A stretch of DNA of 64,000 nucleotides, from the IMG/VR virus record IMGVR_UViG_3300025121_000282, positions 250,887-314,886 of that record; one strand, written 5' to 3'. Below the pieces are notes generated by a model, which was not told the DNA's origin, ran no database searches, and saw only the letters and a list, made by a program, of their open reading frames with translations. Each line of letters begins with the position of its first letter. The stretch's first letter is position 1. A program made the translations under genes and the position numbers. This document shows, one piece after another, positions 46,801 to 55,676 of this stretch.

Positions 46801-48052
46801 TTAAGTCTAGTATGTCATCTTGGGTTATTTCGTCCGCAAATAAACCATCGGGTCTTACGCTGGTCCCTCTACCCGCCAACAGAGTTATTATTGCCCCCGT
46901 AGAGTGGGACCTTTTAACAGTATTTAACTCACCTCTAGTCACACCTACTAAGTACCCGTTGGAAATACTACTAAATGACAGGACTTCGTCATCGATTTTT
47001 ATCAAACTGCTCCCAGAAGTAGGGATACCGGCTGAAGTAGTAGCAGTTAATTTTATATTGGTTACAGTGGTGCTGCTTATGTCACTAAATAGCGTAGCCA
47101 CGTCAGTTATTGTTGTAGCACCCGAGGCAGAGTTTATGGTGGGTATTCTATTTATACTGTGATTTTTAGCGTCATCTAGTACAGAGTACCCACCATTTAC
47201 TTTCCTAAAAACTGCACATATAGGTATTGCTTTCACCCAACCGTCAGCAGTCCCAAGCCCATTGGTTGGGTCTGCTCCCACTTCTACATCGAGCACATTG
47301 TTTACGGGGGCATCCCCGCTCCAACCAGCCAGCCAAAGCCCGTGGTCAGACGGAGACATGTAATACCTAGAGTTTTCTAGAGGGGAAGACAAATTTGCTT
47401 GTGCTAGTACTAAACTATTCAAAAAACCATCTGGGTTATTTAAAAGGGCTAGTTTGTTTACGGACACCACTCTGATTCTGTATTGTAGCTGGACTCTTTT
47501 AGTAGTTTGTGCGCCGTACGTACTGTCTTTGGTATAATCCGTTAAATTCGTCCCACCAAACAACACGTTACCATACTTCCACATAGTGGAGGAGGATGGT
47601 TTGTTTGACGTAGACGGTGTAGGGGACACCAGTGCCCTCCACACTTCCAAAAACACAAGGTCTATTCTGGTATCGTCCGAAGGTGGGGGCGGAAGTTTAA
47701 TCCAGTTTAAAAAATTCCCACTAACCGGGTTATCAGTACCAGCGATGGGTATGACATACCCATCTATTATAGCGGTTAGTGGTCTGTCCTCAAACCCAAA
47801 AGTAAACTGATTTACATACGACTTATTTGTGTTGTAAACTCCAGGAGACGTAGAGTCGCAGGCCCATCCTGAGGCAGGAAATGTGGCCTTGACCAATGCC
47901 CGGTTATGATCCAGAGCACTTTGAGCAACTAAATTGAGTTCTGAATCCAGTGGTGCTTTGTACTTTTGAAATACAACATCTGTTATTTGATAGTTGTCTG
48001 ACGGAACAACTCTTGAAACAACACCACCCAGGCTATTTATTGTGTCGGCCAT
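43838..48052 (-). CDS. Large virion structural protein (baseplate/tail-fibre associated), 1404 aa
   Basis: VVFQKYKAPLDSELN, DLVFLEVWRA, RVQLQYRIRV, AIPICAVFR, RPDGLF..DILDLRH shared with 48812-51361. Confidence 0.7.
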   Translation of the reverse strand: MADTINSLGGVVSRVVPSDNYQITDVVFQKYKAPLDSELNLVAQSALDHNRALVKATFPASGWACDSTSPGVYNTNKSYVNQFTFGFEDRPLTAIIDGYVIPIAGTDNPVSGNFLNWIKLPPPPSDDTRIDLVFLEVWRALVSPTPSTSNKPSSSTMWKYGNVLFGGTNLTDYTKDSTYGAQTTKRVQLQYRIRVVSVNKLALLNNPDGFLNSLVLAQANLSSPLENSRYYMSPSDHGLWLAGWSGDAPVNNVLDVEVGADPTNGLGTADGWVKAIPICAVFRKVNGGYSVLDDAKNHSINRIPTINSASGATTITDVATLFSDISSTTVTNIKLTATTSAGIPTSGSSLIKIDDEVLSFSSISNGYLVGVTRGELNTVKRSHSTGAIITLLAGRGTSVRPDGLFADEITQDDILDLRHTVNTNTDRNLLISTFMDLMGGNLDSTWKMDQQDSSCVGPLLVSTDRFSDDDQDMPGAYSIGESANGLRTVWSDAATPWRHHVVALKPHTAIVNVGDDVSAVDSNYTLDAHAINIIKQTVANKFSNGDVIRVRIYPHNVGGAQNRFVFPGGPTPITLVPLSDSRQYPGRGVNEELVSIWTDGLTTEHTQNTYYGTGSSADATLLAYNIDASTAIIDTPISPSSSSPFAYDEDMCVYISGAPAPTGDAVFDSSYRCYLRYTTLTTGGHGLSRRPEKILSVSILEGHKDLLLPRNNIITKTQPIQMHHSVHTNYYENDQPTLTACYVDPGSKTFMLTPWQQIKLYPLQVITYATMPITEDPSTGSFPNKDAHDPLGIWDNTRSIEIPPGIFPTIIHTSKPYVGIDVPVYPVQYGTRYPTNDGNFVYSGGINCFVQARSSQTVNSGILDYATSGSTWVTFMTHTVDDVPVATGFNRQVGVDVENKRIGCRVVTASQTPWGRSGIQFSTFHGIARLWAVYEVGDFRDNGTSTDETTREPLSSTVGKAVNLLRDDCEGVPLWYWLDAEEDGTFVLDESMVDITRSPNAIASFDSGKYVVEATCFGFSRGFLVGSTEGYATSQKLVVRQGAPGGVVDSDVWADRLLENGDVYLVTPGPVRGSAGNKEADIAVTYTRRPYQGDPITGTYDKVDRRGAISVAGRTAISTTDTYTDLVEPVSFEVMDSICFATTLGTGRIAGFNGNTVVEKWSILDSAYEYDIQSEDLPINFVGVAGGDYGSFIHPRYAGATTRLPMGRLFLDKNFVGQDYKFDGKLSNFAINVLSRIVSSQAQTDRDSIDFSDPQTVMVPGFGATMVLSKGVNTDTMGTQFRTYRGDTGSLIRRNGNYGPITVDAATLETPKETYSLSPVLVGIACLVRTVEEQHDGVVIHRGGELQLVVSTSVEYNTVSSSVLKNLHSRIGHNGVGEGFSAVDRYRIKGHPLVALPNRNNQLA

Positions 48053-48073
48053 GTGTTACACCGCAGTCAAGTG

Positions 48074-48802
48074 TTACTGAGCAACTAAACAAAACCAATT
48101 AAGGTCTATGTCCCTAGATGTGTTGTTTTCTATCTTTATCACTAAACTAACGCCATCATTTTCCACTGGTATTGTCACCGGTACCCCAGAGCCACTTAAG
48201 GTGCTGTAACCAGCACCACCATTCACCGAAACCCTTATTGTGCACCAATAGTCTGATGTCTGCGCAGTAAATTGGTGCCAAAACTTAACGGGACCAATAT
48301 TTGATGTAGTATATTCAGATATACTAGACCCACTTACAGAGTCCTTATTACTCTCACTTCTCACCCACCTACCCATGCAAAATAGTGGGGTTACCGTTCT
48401 TATGTCACCGCACTCAGACCACATAAACCCTCTAGCAGTAGTAACTAAAACACCACCTTGTCTTACGGTTATCGTACCACACTTTCCTATGTTTATCTTG
48501 GACGAGTTGCCCGTGTCCACGTCGCTAGAACTTAAAAACGGGTACATATACGTAGAAGCAGATCCTACGCTCCACCCGTAACGGGGGAGTGCCCAAGACC
48601 AAGTTGCTTTTCTGATCTGGTCTATCAGCCCATCACTTACCACGGTATTTGGCTGAGTAAAGCCTAGTGTTAGGTCAGACTCATTAATCTCAATTTCGTC
48701 ATGAACGGGTACTACAAACGCACCATTCAATATAACTCCAGAAATGTCATCGGTGGCATACATCACACGCTGGGTAAATTGGTCTATTACGTAGTATCGC
48801 AT
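48074..48802 (-). CDS. Virion-associated hypothetical protein
   Basis: Beta-rich ORF between two structural paralogues. Confidence 0.55.
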   Translation of the reverse strand: MRYYVIDQFTQRVMYATDDISGVILNGAFVVPVHDEIEINESDLTLGFTQPNTVVSDGLIDQIRKATWSWALPRYGWSVGSASTYMYPFLSSSDVDTGNSSKINIGKCGTITVRQGGVLVTTARGFMWSECGDIRTVTPLFCMGRWVRSESNKDSVSGSSISEYTTSNIGPVKFWHQFTAQTSDYWCTIRVSVNGGAGYSTLSGSGVPVTIPVENDGVSLVIKIENNTSRDIDLNWFCLVAQ

Positions 48803-48811
48803 TTTGTTATC

Positions 48812-51361
48812 TCAGAGCCTTACCAATGGGTGCCCAATGGGTCTGTATATGCCTACACAAGACCATGAATCTGCCGCTGTATCCGGGTTAGTTATTTTGT
48901 TGTATTTATCGACAGACCATCCTGAAAAGACCAAGACCACTACGGTTCCCTTGGGACCCACTGTAGCGATGTCAGAATTTATAACACCGATCATGGTAAA
49001 CCAATTTCGATGATTTATAAAAGAACCCATATTGTGAGAGGCCACCACAGGCCGGATGGTTCTGTTGTCTATAAACTTGTAGTACACCCGGTCTTCTGCG
49101 TCAACACCTGTGTACTGCGCGTCTAAGTCTATTTGAGACAAATCAGACTTAACAAGAACTGGCAGACTCGCTAGACCAGTATCAGTGGAAAAAGTCACTA
49201 GGTCCATGTCTATTGAACTGGTGAGTTCGTGGTCTCCATTCCAATTGCTAAGTTCGTCCACCACAACAGGTATGTGTTTACCCGGGTTGCGATATTGGTA
49301 TGACATTCTCCAACAGCTAGGTCCGTGAATAGAAGAATAGACTATTGGTGCTGTCTCAATGACGCGTATGGAAATGTTTTGTAACTGAAATGCAGCCCCT
49401 GGTATATTTCCTGGCACTGTCTGTGGCGCATTAGCTTCGTATGCCACCAACACTGAAGAATTGGCACTTGGGGAAAGTGGCCTTATGGGAGAATAAAGTA
49501 TGTGTATCTGGTCAGCTGCAATGGGCTTGTCAGATGTAAAAGTAATCCTGCTGCCAGCACCATCTTCCACAAATGTCCAGTTATTTATGTCTGCAGCAGC
49601 CCCTATTGTAACACTAAGCACGTCATAGATGCGGTCAGGCACTATAGCATAAACATCATCTCCCTGCACTATAGCACCGCAATTATAATTGGTAGACACT
49701 CTCTCGTATACTAGCTGAAAACCACTGCTGGCTACGTCAGCCTCAAAATAAGCAGACAAAAATGACTCAAAATAGTCTATACCATCTGGAACGTGGTATG
49801 TACCAATGTCACTTAAAAAGGTACTTTCCTGCGTGGCATAAAAGTGTGCCGCGTTACTTACGTACGTAAACAACGACCTATTAGCACTAAACATTTGACT
49901 TGGATTTCTTCTAAGTCCAAGACCAGCTGGGTATGACACTTCCAATAGCACTATTACTTCGTCCCCTGGACTGAAACCGCCAGCCAGTGGACCCACATTA
50001 AATGTTATGGTGCCAGTACCCAACCCGGTTATGGTGTAGTCTAGATCATTGCTTGTAAGGTCTTTCCAGTTAGCATACAAAACACCAGTAATTATGGCCC
50101 CGGCGCTCTGTGCGTTGGCCGGAAGTGCATACACCGCATCAGGGTCTACTGCCCAACTTTGACCGTCTAGGGTTATCCAGTAGTTTTCTATGGTGGGTTT
50201 GTCAGAAAACCTTCTACGTATGGAATCAAAATTACCTATTTTGTAGGCAAATGCGTTGTCTCCTGTGGACAACTCATCAATTCTAAGTGTTTTGATGCCG
50301 GTGGCACCGTCTGCAAATTGGGTGTCTTCCCATTGCGTGCAAAGGTTGCCATTTATAAGAGCTTCTTGCGTTAGGAGGTGGGCCCTGCTGGTAGAGGTAG
50401 AGGTGTGAGACCTCAAGTCCATAATGTCTTTAATATCAATTATGTTGTTAAACAGCCCGTCTGGTCTGTCACTAGTTCCGGGGCTGGCAACACCACCATT
50501 TTGGTTTGTACTTACATTAAATGCTGCAGCATTTCTTCTAAAAATTGCACAGATGGGTATTGCATACACATACCCGTCTATAGACCCAAGGTCTGTTCTG
50601 CTTTGTGCATCTCCCGAGCCTGCTTGCCACAACCCAGGGTCCACACTGGATATGTTGCTAAATGTACGCGACCCCTCACCAGAATTGGCCCCGTGTGCGA
50701 ATAATTCCGTCATCCCCAAAAACTTGGGGTTGGTTACCGGATCTTCAGGACCAAAACCAGAGATTGAGTACACACGAATTCTGTGCTGTATCTGTACCCT
50801 TACGGTAGACTCGGCATTCTGCTGTGGGTCTATTAAATCGTCGGATAAGTTTGACCCATGTGGAGACTCCACATTCCCGTATCTAAATATTTTGTCTGGT
50901 ACTCCAGCCGACTTGTTGGTGGCTGTGCTGTCTATTTTTGCTCTCCACACTTCTAAAAATATAAAGTCTATACACTTATCACCAAGAAATTCAGACGGCT
51001 CAGGTAGGGTTACGTTTCTAGTCTCTCCCAGTGGGACAACAACTATTTCCCACCCATTCACTTCTGCCCTTATACCCTGTGCTCTTCCATCCAGTGTTAT
51101 CGTATTTGCAGTGGCTGTATAACTACTTCCTAGTATGTCACCGGTTGTGTCGTTACTATGGCACGGATGCATTACAATAAACCCGGATGGGCGTATACTG
51201 GCTCTAATGCCTGCCATACCGTAAGACGATAGGTCACTGTCTAGATTGTGCTCAGAGTCTAAAAATATCTTGCCAGTTTGTCCAACAACACCCTCCCAAG
51301 AATACCCGCGGGGGTCTAGCCATCTAGTAACTGAAGCACCGTAGTTTTTTTCACCAGCCAT
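48812..51361 (-). CDS. Large virion structural protein, paralogue of 43838-48052 (849 aa)
   Basis: VVGQTGKIFLDSEHN, DFIFLEVWRA, RVQIQHRIRV, DGYVYAIPICAIFRRN, RPDGLF..DIMDLR. Confidence 0.7.
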   Translation of the reverse strand: MAGEKNYGASVTRWLDPRGYSWEGVVGQTGKIFLDSEHNLDSDLSSYGMAGIRASIRPSGFIVMHPCHSNDTTGDILGSSYTATANTITLDGRAQGIRAEVNGWEIVVVPLGETRNVTLPEPSEFLGDKCIDFIFLEVWRAKIDSTATNKSAGVPDKIFRYGNVESPHGSNLSDDLIDPQQNAESTVRVQIQHRIRVYSISGFGPEDPVTNPKFLGMTELFAHGANSGEGSRTFSNISSVDPGLWQAGSGDAQSRTDLGSIDGYVYAIPICAIFRRNAAAFNVSTNQNGGVASPGTSDRPDGLFNNIIDIKDIMDLRSHTSTSTSRAHLLTQEALINGNLCTQWEDTQFADGATGIKTLRIDELSTGDNAFAYKIGNFDSIRRRFSDKPTIENYWITLDGQSWAVDPDAVYALPANAQSAGAIITGVLYANWKDLTSNDLDYTITGLGTGTITFNVGPLAGGFSPGDEVIVLLEVSYPAGLGLRRNPSQMFSANRSLFTYVSNAAHFYATQESTFLSDIGTYHVPDGIDYFESFLSAYFEADVASSGFQLVYERVSTNYNCGAIVQGDDVYAIVPDRIYDVLSVTIGAAADINNWTFVEDGAGSRITFTSDKPIAADQIHILYSPIRPLSPSANSSVLVAYEANAPQTVPGNIPGAAFQLQNISIRVIETAPIVYSSIHGPSCWRMSYQYRNPGKHIPVVVDELSNWNGDHELTSSIDMDLVTFSTDTGLASLPVLVKSDLSQIDLDAQYTGVDAEDRVYYKFIDNRTIRPVVASHNMGSFINHRNWFTMIGVINSDIATVGPKGTVVVLVFSGWSVDKYNKITNPDTAADSWSCVGIYRPIGHPLVRL

Positions 51362-51443
51362 ATTGCCTCAGACTACCATCCAGGGATTTACACTACTCAC
51401 CCATACAAAATTACTACCACAACATGTACTTTACAGTTGAAAG

Positions 51444-52091
51444 TTATGTGGATGTGTACTTTTTGGTGAAATACGATGTGGCGTGGGCGTTTAGATACGA
51501 CCTGAAGAGTCTGTTGGGAATGCCTGCTTGTTTTGCAGTCTCCATTACATCAGAGTGTAAAGACTTCATTATACTGTAATTTATAGGGGACTTGATTTTA
51601 AATGAATGTTCCATGTTTGGGTTGTGAGCATCACTTTCAGGACACGTACTTGGTAGTCGTTCGTGTACTGTATCCCCTCGATTTCGTATGTAATATTCCC
51701 ACACACTTTGGGCTGGTCCAGTAACTCCATCTCGGTCTGGAATCACCCCCATACCATCTTCCTTGGCTACAGAAAGGGCTGTGTCATACAACAGTGGGCC
51801 ATATCCCTTCTTAGCTGCTACAATGCTTATTTCGTAGTTGTAGCCGCACCCATCCGTAGCTAATTCCATACTTAAAATCCCAGTTATAGACTCTTTTAAA
51901 GTAGCAACAAAATTAGTCATCACATCCGGGTTTGTGTCTTTCTCTTTGCCGTATGTGTCTGCCGCGTTGTTAACTACCTGGGCGTCGTACATAATGAAGC
52001 TGTGGTCGCCCCCATTATCGTTATGCTGAAGAGCCACATTGCTACTTGTGCTGTAGGCTACACATCGTAGTACTGCACTTAACTTGGTCAT
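51444..52091 (-). CDS. GNAT-like protein, tandem paralogue 1
   Basis: AAKKGYGPLLYDTAL...PDRDGV...AQSVWEYY acetyl-CoA-motif-like pattern. Confidence 0.55.
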   Translation of the reverse strand: MTKLSAVLRCVAYSTSSNVALQHNDNGGDHSFIMYDAQVVNNAADTYGKEKDTNPDVMTNFVATLKESITGILSMELATDGCGYNYEISIVAAKKGYGPLLYDTALSVAKEDGMGVIPDRDGVTGPAQSVWEYYIRNRGDTVHERLPSTCPESDAHNPNMEHSFKIKSPINYSIMKSLHSDVMETAKQAGIPNRLFRSYLNAHATSYFTKKYTST

Positions 52092-52762
52092 GTGGACCTG
52101 TATTTAGTTCTAAAAAACACAGCAGACTGAATGCTCAGTGTGTTGATATAACTGTCCGCAGGAATTCCGGCTTTTTTGACCATGGTTACAAGCGATGTAT
52201 GCCTACTTACAGCTTCTTCGTATTTTATTGGGGATTTTATGTAGTATTCGTACTCTAAGATGTCGTCACCCACGTCATTCCTGAGCGATGATTTACTTTC
52301 TGGACATTTGCCACTAAGTGGGTGAGTAATTATGTCGTTTCTTCTATACTTGTAAAAATCCCAAACCCCCTGGGCTTTCCCAGACACCCCATCCCGGTCT
52401 GGAATCACCCCCACACCCTCGTTTTTGGCTATGGACAGGGCCACATCATACAGTAAGGGGCCATTTCCACCTATTGCTGCTGAGGAGGAGATTTCATAGT
52501 TACTACCACACCCGCTTGTAGCTGGTTCCATGGTGATGGTTCCCAGCACAGAAGACTTTAAAGAAACGAAAAAGTCGTCTATACAATCCGGGTTTTGTAA
52601 TTTTTCTTTTTCAAATTTTTCTATCGAGGATTTAACTACGTCATAATTGTACGCAGTTATGTCATAAGCATCAGAGCCATGGACTATGCATAAGGCCAAG
52701 TGCTTATCTACGACGCCAACATCGTAGGCTATTTTACGTAGGTGAGCACTTAGTTTGAGCAC
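52088..52762 (-). CDS. GNAT-like protein, tandem paralogue 2
   Basis: AAIGGNGPLLYDVAL...PDRDGV...AQGVWDFY; clearly homologous to 51444-52091. Confidence 0.55.
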   Translation of the reverse strand: MLKLSAHLRKIAYDVGVVDKHLALCIVHGSDAYDITAYNYDVVKSSIEKFEKEKLQNPDCIDDFFVSLKSSVLGTITMEPATSGCGSNYEISSSAAIGGNGPLLYDVALSIAKNEGVGVIPDRDGVSGKAQGVWDFYKYRRNDIITHPLSGKCPESKSSLRNDVGDDILEYEYYIKSPIKYEEAVSRHTSLVTMVKKAGIPADSYINTLSIQSAVFFRTKYRST

Positions 52763-52773
52763 AAGTCCATACC

Positions 52774-53535
52774 TTAGAGTGACTTAATCTCTGAGATGAT
52801 GCGTTGTGCTCGCATCAGTACTTTCTTAAGCTGCTCTGTCTGTTCCGTGGACTCCAGTCCTTCCGGAAGTTCTTTTCTAGCAGACATAAATAGCAAGACA
52901 GCATCCTGAAGAGTGTCTGCTGCAATCTCCATTTTATCTTCCGGAGTTAGACTGTTGTACCCACTCCTGAGTGTTCTAATTTCGTTCATTATGTCTACCA
53001 TTAATGAACGGGCAGGAGTCGAAAAGCCAGACTCCTGTAGGTCAACTGCGGCTACTTTGCGGAGACTAGCTGCCAAGGTTCTAAACTTCATGTGCTCATC
53101 CCTTATCCCTGTGTACTTCTTTTGAGTTTCCAAATCAACGAATCCAACAGAATCTACCATTATCACCTTACCATTTTTAAGTTTGATAAGGTCACCCACA
53201 GTCATGCTACTGTGGTTTGTGTGCTTCAACTTTAGCATTTGATCAGCTTGGCCATCGGGACACCAAACTGAACGTTGCATCATTTCCAGTATGTGCTCAG
53301 GTGTTATTTCGTCCACATATCCAATTTTGGCATGCGTCGTCAACAAAGTTTCATCCGGATTGGACAAATTGAGCAGCAGACTTGGGGATTGGTTTTTTAA
53401 ATGTCTGAATCCCTGTAAAAACGAAGCAGAATGCTCTTTTTTTACAAACCATACAGACGACTGCCCGTGGCCGTATCTATGGTCCCCCGTAGCCTTTATT
53501 GCATCGCGAAGTGTTATGTAGTTTTTAACGGACAT
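52774..53535 (-). CDS. YodL-like domain protein with helical C-terminal module (possible internal start at 53091)
   Basis: HSSMTVGDLI...VDSVGF YodL-like motif; internal MKFRTLAASLRKVAA preceded by AAGGGA. Confidence 0.55.
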   Translation of the reverse strand: MSVKNYITLRDAIKATGDHRYGHGQSSVWFVKKEHSASFLQGFRHLKNQSPSLLLNLSNPDETLLTTHAKIGYVDEITPEHILEMMQRSVWCPDGQADQMLKLKHTNHSSMTVGDLIKLKNGKVIMVDSVGFVDLETQKKYTGIRDEHMKFRTLAASLRKVAAVDLQESGFSTPARSLMVDIMNEIRTLRSGYNSLTPEDKMEIAADTLQDAVLLFMSARKELPEGLESTEQTEQLKKVLMRAQRIISEIKSL

Positions 53536-53567
53536 TGCGTACTAAATAGTACGCATAAAAATGTTAT

Positions 53568-54017
53568 TTAAACATAGTGTTCGGATATAAGCAAAATAGC
53601 AACAGCGGAGTATCCAACAATGTCTCTCCAGGCGTCTACCATGGGCTCACCCACCGCAGTGGCACCACTGCGAGCCAGCATGTTTTCTATCCTGGCCAGC
53701 TTGTCCACTGTTCTCACCTTAATACCAAATTCACCAAACTCAACAATGTTCTTAACACCATAGTCATGGCGCTTTTTAGATAAAAACACGGAGAGTTCAG
53801 CAACAGTATCTACAGAGCTAGAGGACAGTGTGCTAAATTCCACAAAAGCGATAGATCCAATTTGGGTCCAGGTTTCAGTGTTGTTTCTATCCTGAAACGG
53901 ACTGTTAGCCACCCTACCTAAAAGGTCTCTTATTGCATGGTGTGCAACACACTGGGTCGGTGTGTTGAATGTGTTTAGTACACTCTCAAATTGCTTTATG
54001 TGTTCTGGATTTACCAT
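53568..54017 (-). CDS. DUF1599 / nucleotide modification-associated domain protein (MazG-like)
   Basis: KKRHDYG..N...FG..GI.VR..DKLARIEN...E...DAWRDIVGYS. Confidence 0.75.
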   Translation of the reverse strand: MVNPEHIKQFESVLNTFNTPTQCVAHHAIRDLLGRVANSPFQDRNNTETWTQIGSIAFVEFSTLSSSSVDTVAELSVFLSKKRHDYGVKNIVEFGEFGIKVRTVDKLARIENMLARSGATAVGEPMVDAWRDIVGYSAVAILLISEHYV

Positions 54018-54051
54018 GTAGCTTTTCTATTACTAAGGGACTGTTGTTAAT

Positions 54052-54957
54052 TTACCACGACATCCAATTGCGGGGGGACTGTACACCATCACGGGTTGTT
54101 GGTCCCAGTTTGTGGCCTCCCCGAATACCGCCATTAAACCTAGACTGTCGGAGGCCTAAAGAGAATTTTAGTGTCCTCTTTGCAAGTTCTAGTTGTGTGT
54201 TAAACTGTTGTTCAGAGGCCGAGGCTAGCCCCTCATACTTGGAAGATTTCTCAATACTTAATGATATACCACCGATTGAATAGTCAAATTCATCAGCCAC
54301 CCAGTTGAATTGTATGGCCCGTGCTGCAGAGGCAATAGTGTGATTTAATATCAGTGCTCTCCAGGCTGGTTTCTGAGCTACCATGGCATCAAAATCCCCA
54401 AACATGCCGTCCGTAGCTGGGGGTGCTAGATTTATGGCATCTACTGCAAAATCCAAATATTCTGATATTTCCTCGTCTTCCCATATAAACCCGAATACTC
54501 TATTAAATTGAGTCAGTGTGCCTTCCGATGTAGGAGGCCTCCAACGGTAATTTTTATCTGGGGCATTGTCTCGTACGAGGATTCTTACACGTCTTATCAT
54601 AGTGGCCCTGGCATCATTGTATAACGGGGCAGACACCTGAACATTTGAGTCCACTACACTAAATTCTTGTACTATTTCTATCGCTTCAGAACCAACATAC
54701 TGTTTAAAGTACCAGTGAATTCTAAATTCTCCTAGGTTAGAGTTAGGAGGTACAATAAATGAGGCATAATACTCCCCTACATCCGGGTGTACAGGCAGCC
54801 TGTTTTCGTTCCCTACCAGGACCTCTATGCCAGTTGTAAAATCACATACATTGTATACTATTTCTGCTGCGTCAGACGAGTTGTTATCCTCATCTTTCAG
54901 AAAAATGCTGAGGTCACTTCTACCTAGTTCTTGACCTCTATAAAACGAGACAGACAT
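54052..54957 (-). CDS. Head-tail connector/neck-like structural protein
   Basis: N-terminal Ig-like domain (paralogous to 59100), C-terminal connector-like WEDEEISEYL...YSIGGISLS. Confidence 0.55.
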   Translation of the reverse strand: MSVSFYRGQELGRSDLSIFLKDEDNNSSDAAEIVYNVCDFTTGIEVLVGNENRLPVHPDVGEYYASFIVPPNSNLGEFRIHWYFKQYVGSEAIEIVQEFSVVDSNVQVSAPLYNDARATMIRRVRILVRDNAPDKNYRWRPPTSEGTLTQFNRVFGFIWEDEEISEYLDFAVDAINLAPPATDGMFGDFDAMVAQKPAWRALILNHTIASAARAIQFNWVADEFDYSIGGISLSIEKSSKYEGLASASEQQFNTQLELAKRTLKFSLGLRQSRFNGGIRGGHKLGPTTRDGVQSPRNWMSW

Positions 54958-55290
54958 TTATTCCTCTTCTGATTGAGTAAATCTTTCGTTCTGAATGACT
55001 AGAAACTGGTGGGCGACAATCAAAATGTCCAGTACCAGTGTACCTGCAAGGGCAAAAACACACCCAACAAAACCAAATCTTATCAAATCTAGGCAGTCTG
55101 TGTTACTAAAATTAGAAGAGTGAGAAAGCCTTACTAAAACGCCTGCCGAAAAACCCACACAAAATGGGCAGGTGGAGAAGTATTCTAACTTTATTCTTGT
55201 TAATAAGAGTCTAAAGGGATGCCCAATTTTAGACCTAGTAAGTGTGTAAACAATGCCAACAACCGTTAAAGCAAAATCCACGTAGGTCAT
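54958..55290 (-). CDS. Small membrane protein (DUF1360-like CxxC)
   Basis: Three hydrophobic segments; TCPFCVGF. Confidence 0.55.
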   Translation of the reverse strand: MTYVDFALTVVGIVYTLTRSKIGHPFRLLLTRIKLEYFSTCPFCVGFSAGVLVRLSHSSNFSNTDCLDLIRFGFVGCVFALAGTLVLDILIVAHQFLVIQNERFTQSEEE

Positions 55291-55649
55291 ACATTAGCCT
55301 TTTTTGTCTTACTAGTGGGCACAGACTTTTTAGGAGTGGCCAATACTTTGGCATGATGGCCATCAACAGTTGTAATCACTGTACAACAATTTGTAGTGGA
55401 AGACTCTTTTATGATTGCTAAAGCATCATTACCCTTTGGTCTGTCAAAATCAATGTCACACGCAAAACTCACCTCAACTCTGTGCTGATTCAAAGCCTCC
55501 ACCAACGATTCTATTTCGGTGGATAAACGAACGTTATTAATTTTTCTAATGTTGGTATAAGATACAAGTAGGGCTAGGCGACGAACCGCATCACCTAGCC
55601 CTAAAGAAGAAACACCGTCTTTTGCTTTGTTTTGTGCGGAATGACTCAT
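55287..55649 (-). CDS. Hypothetical protein
   Basis: ORF in structural operon. Confidence 0.55.
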   Translation of the reverse strand: MSHSAQNKAKDGVSSLGLGDAVRRLALLVSYTNIRKINNVRLSTEIESLVEALNQHRVEVSFACDIDFDRPKGNDALAIIKESSTTNCCTVITTVDGHHAKVLATPKKSVPTSKTKKANV

Positions 55650-55676
55650 ACTAAGTTAGTCCGCACAAAAAGACGA

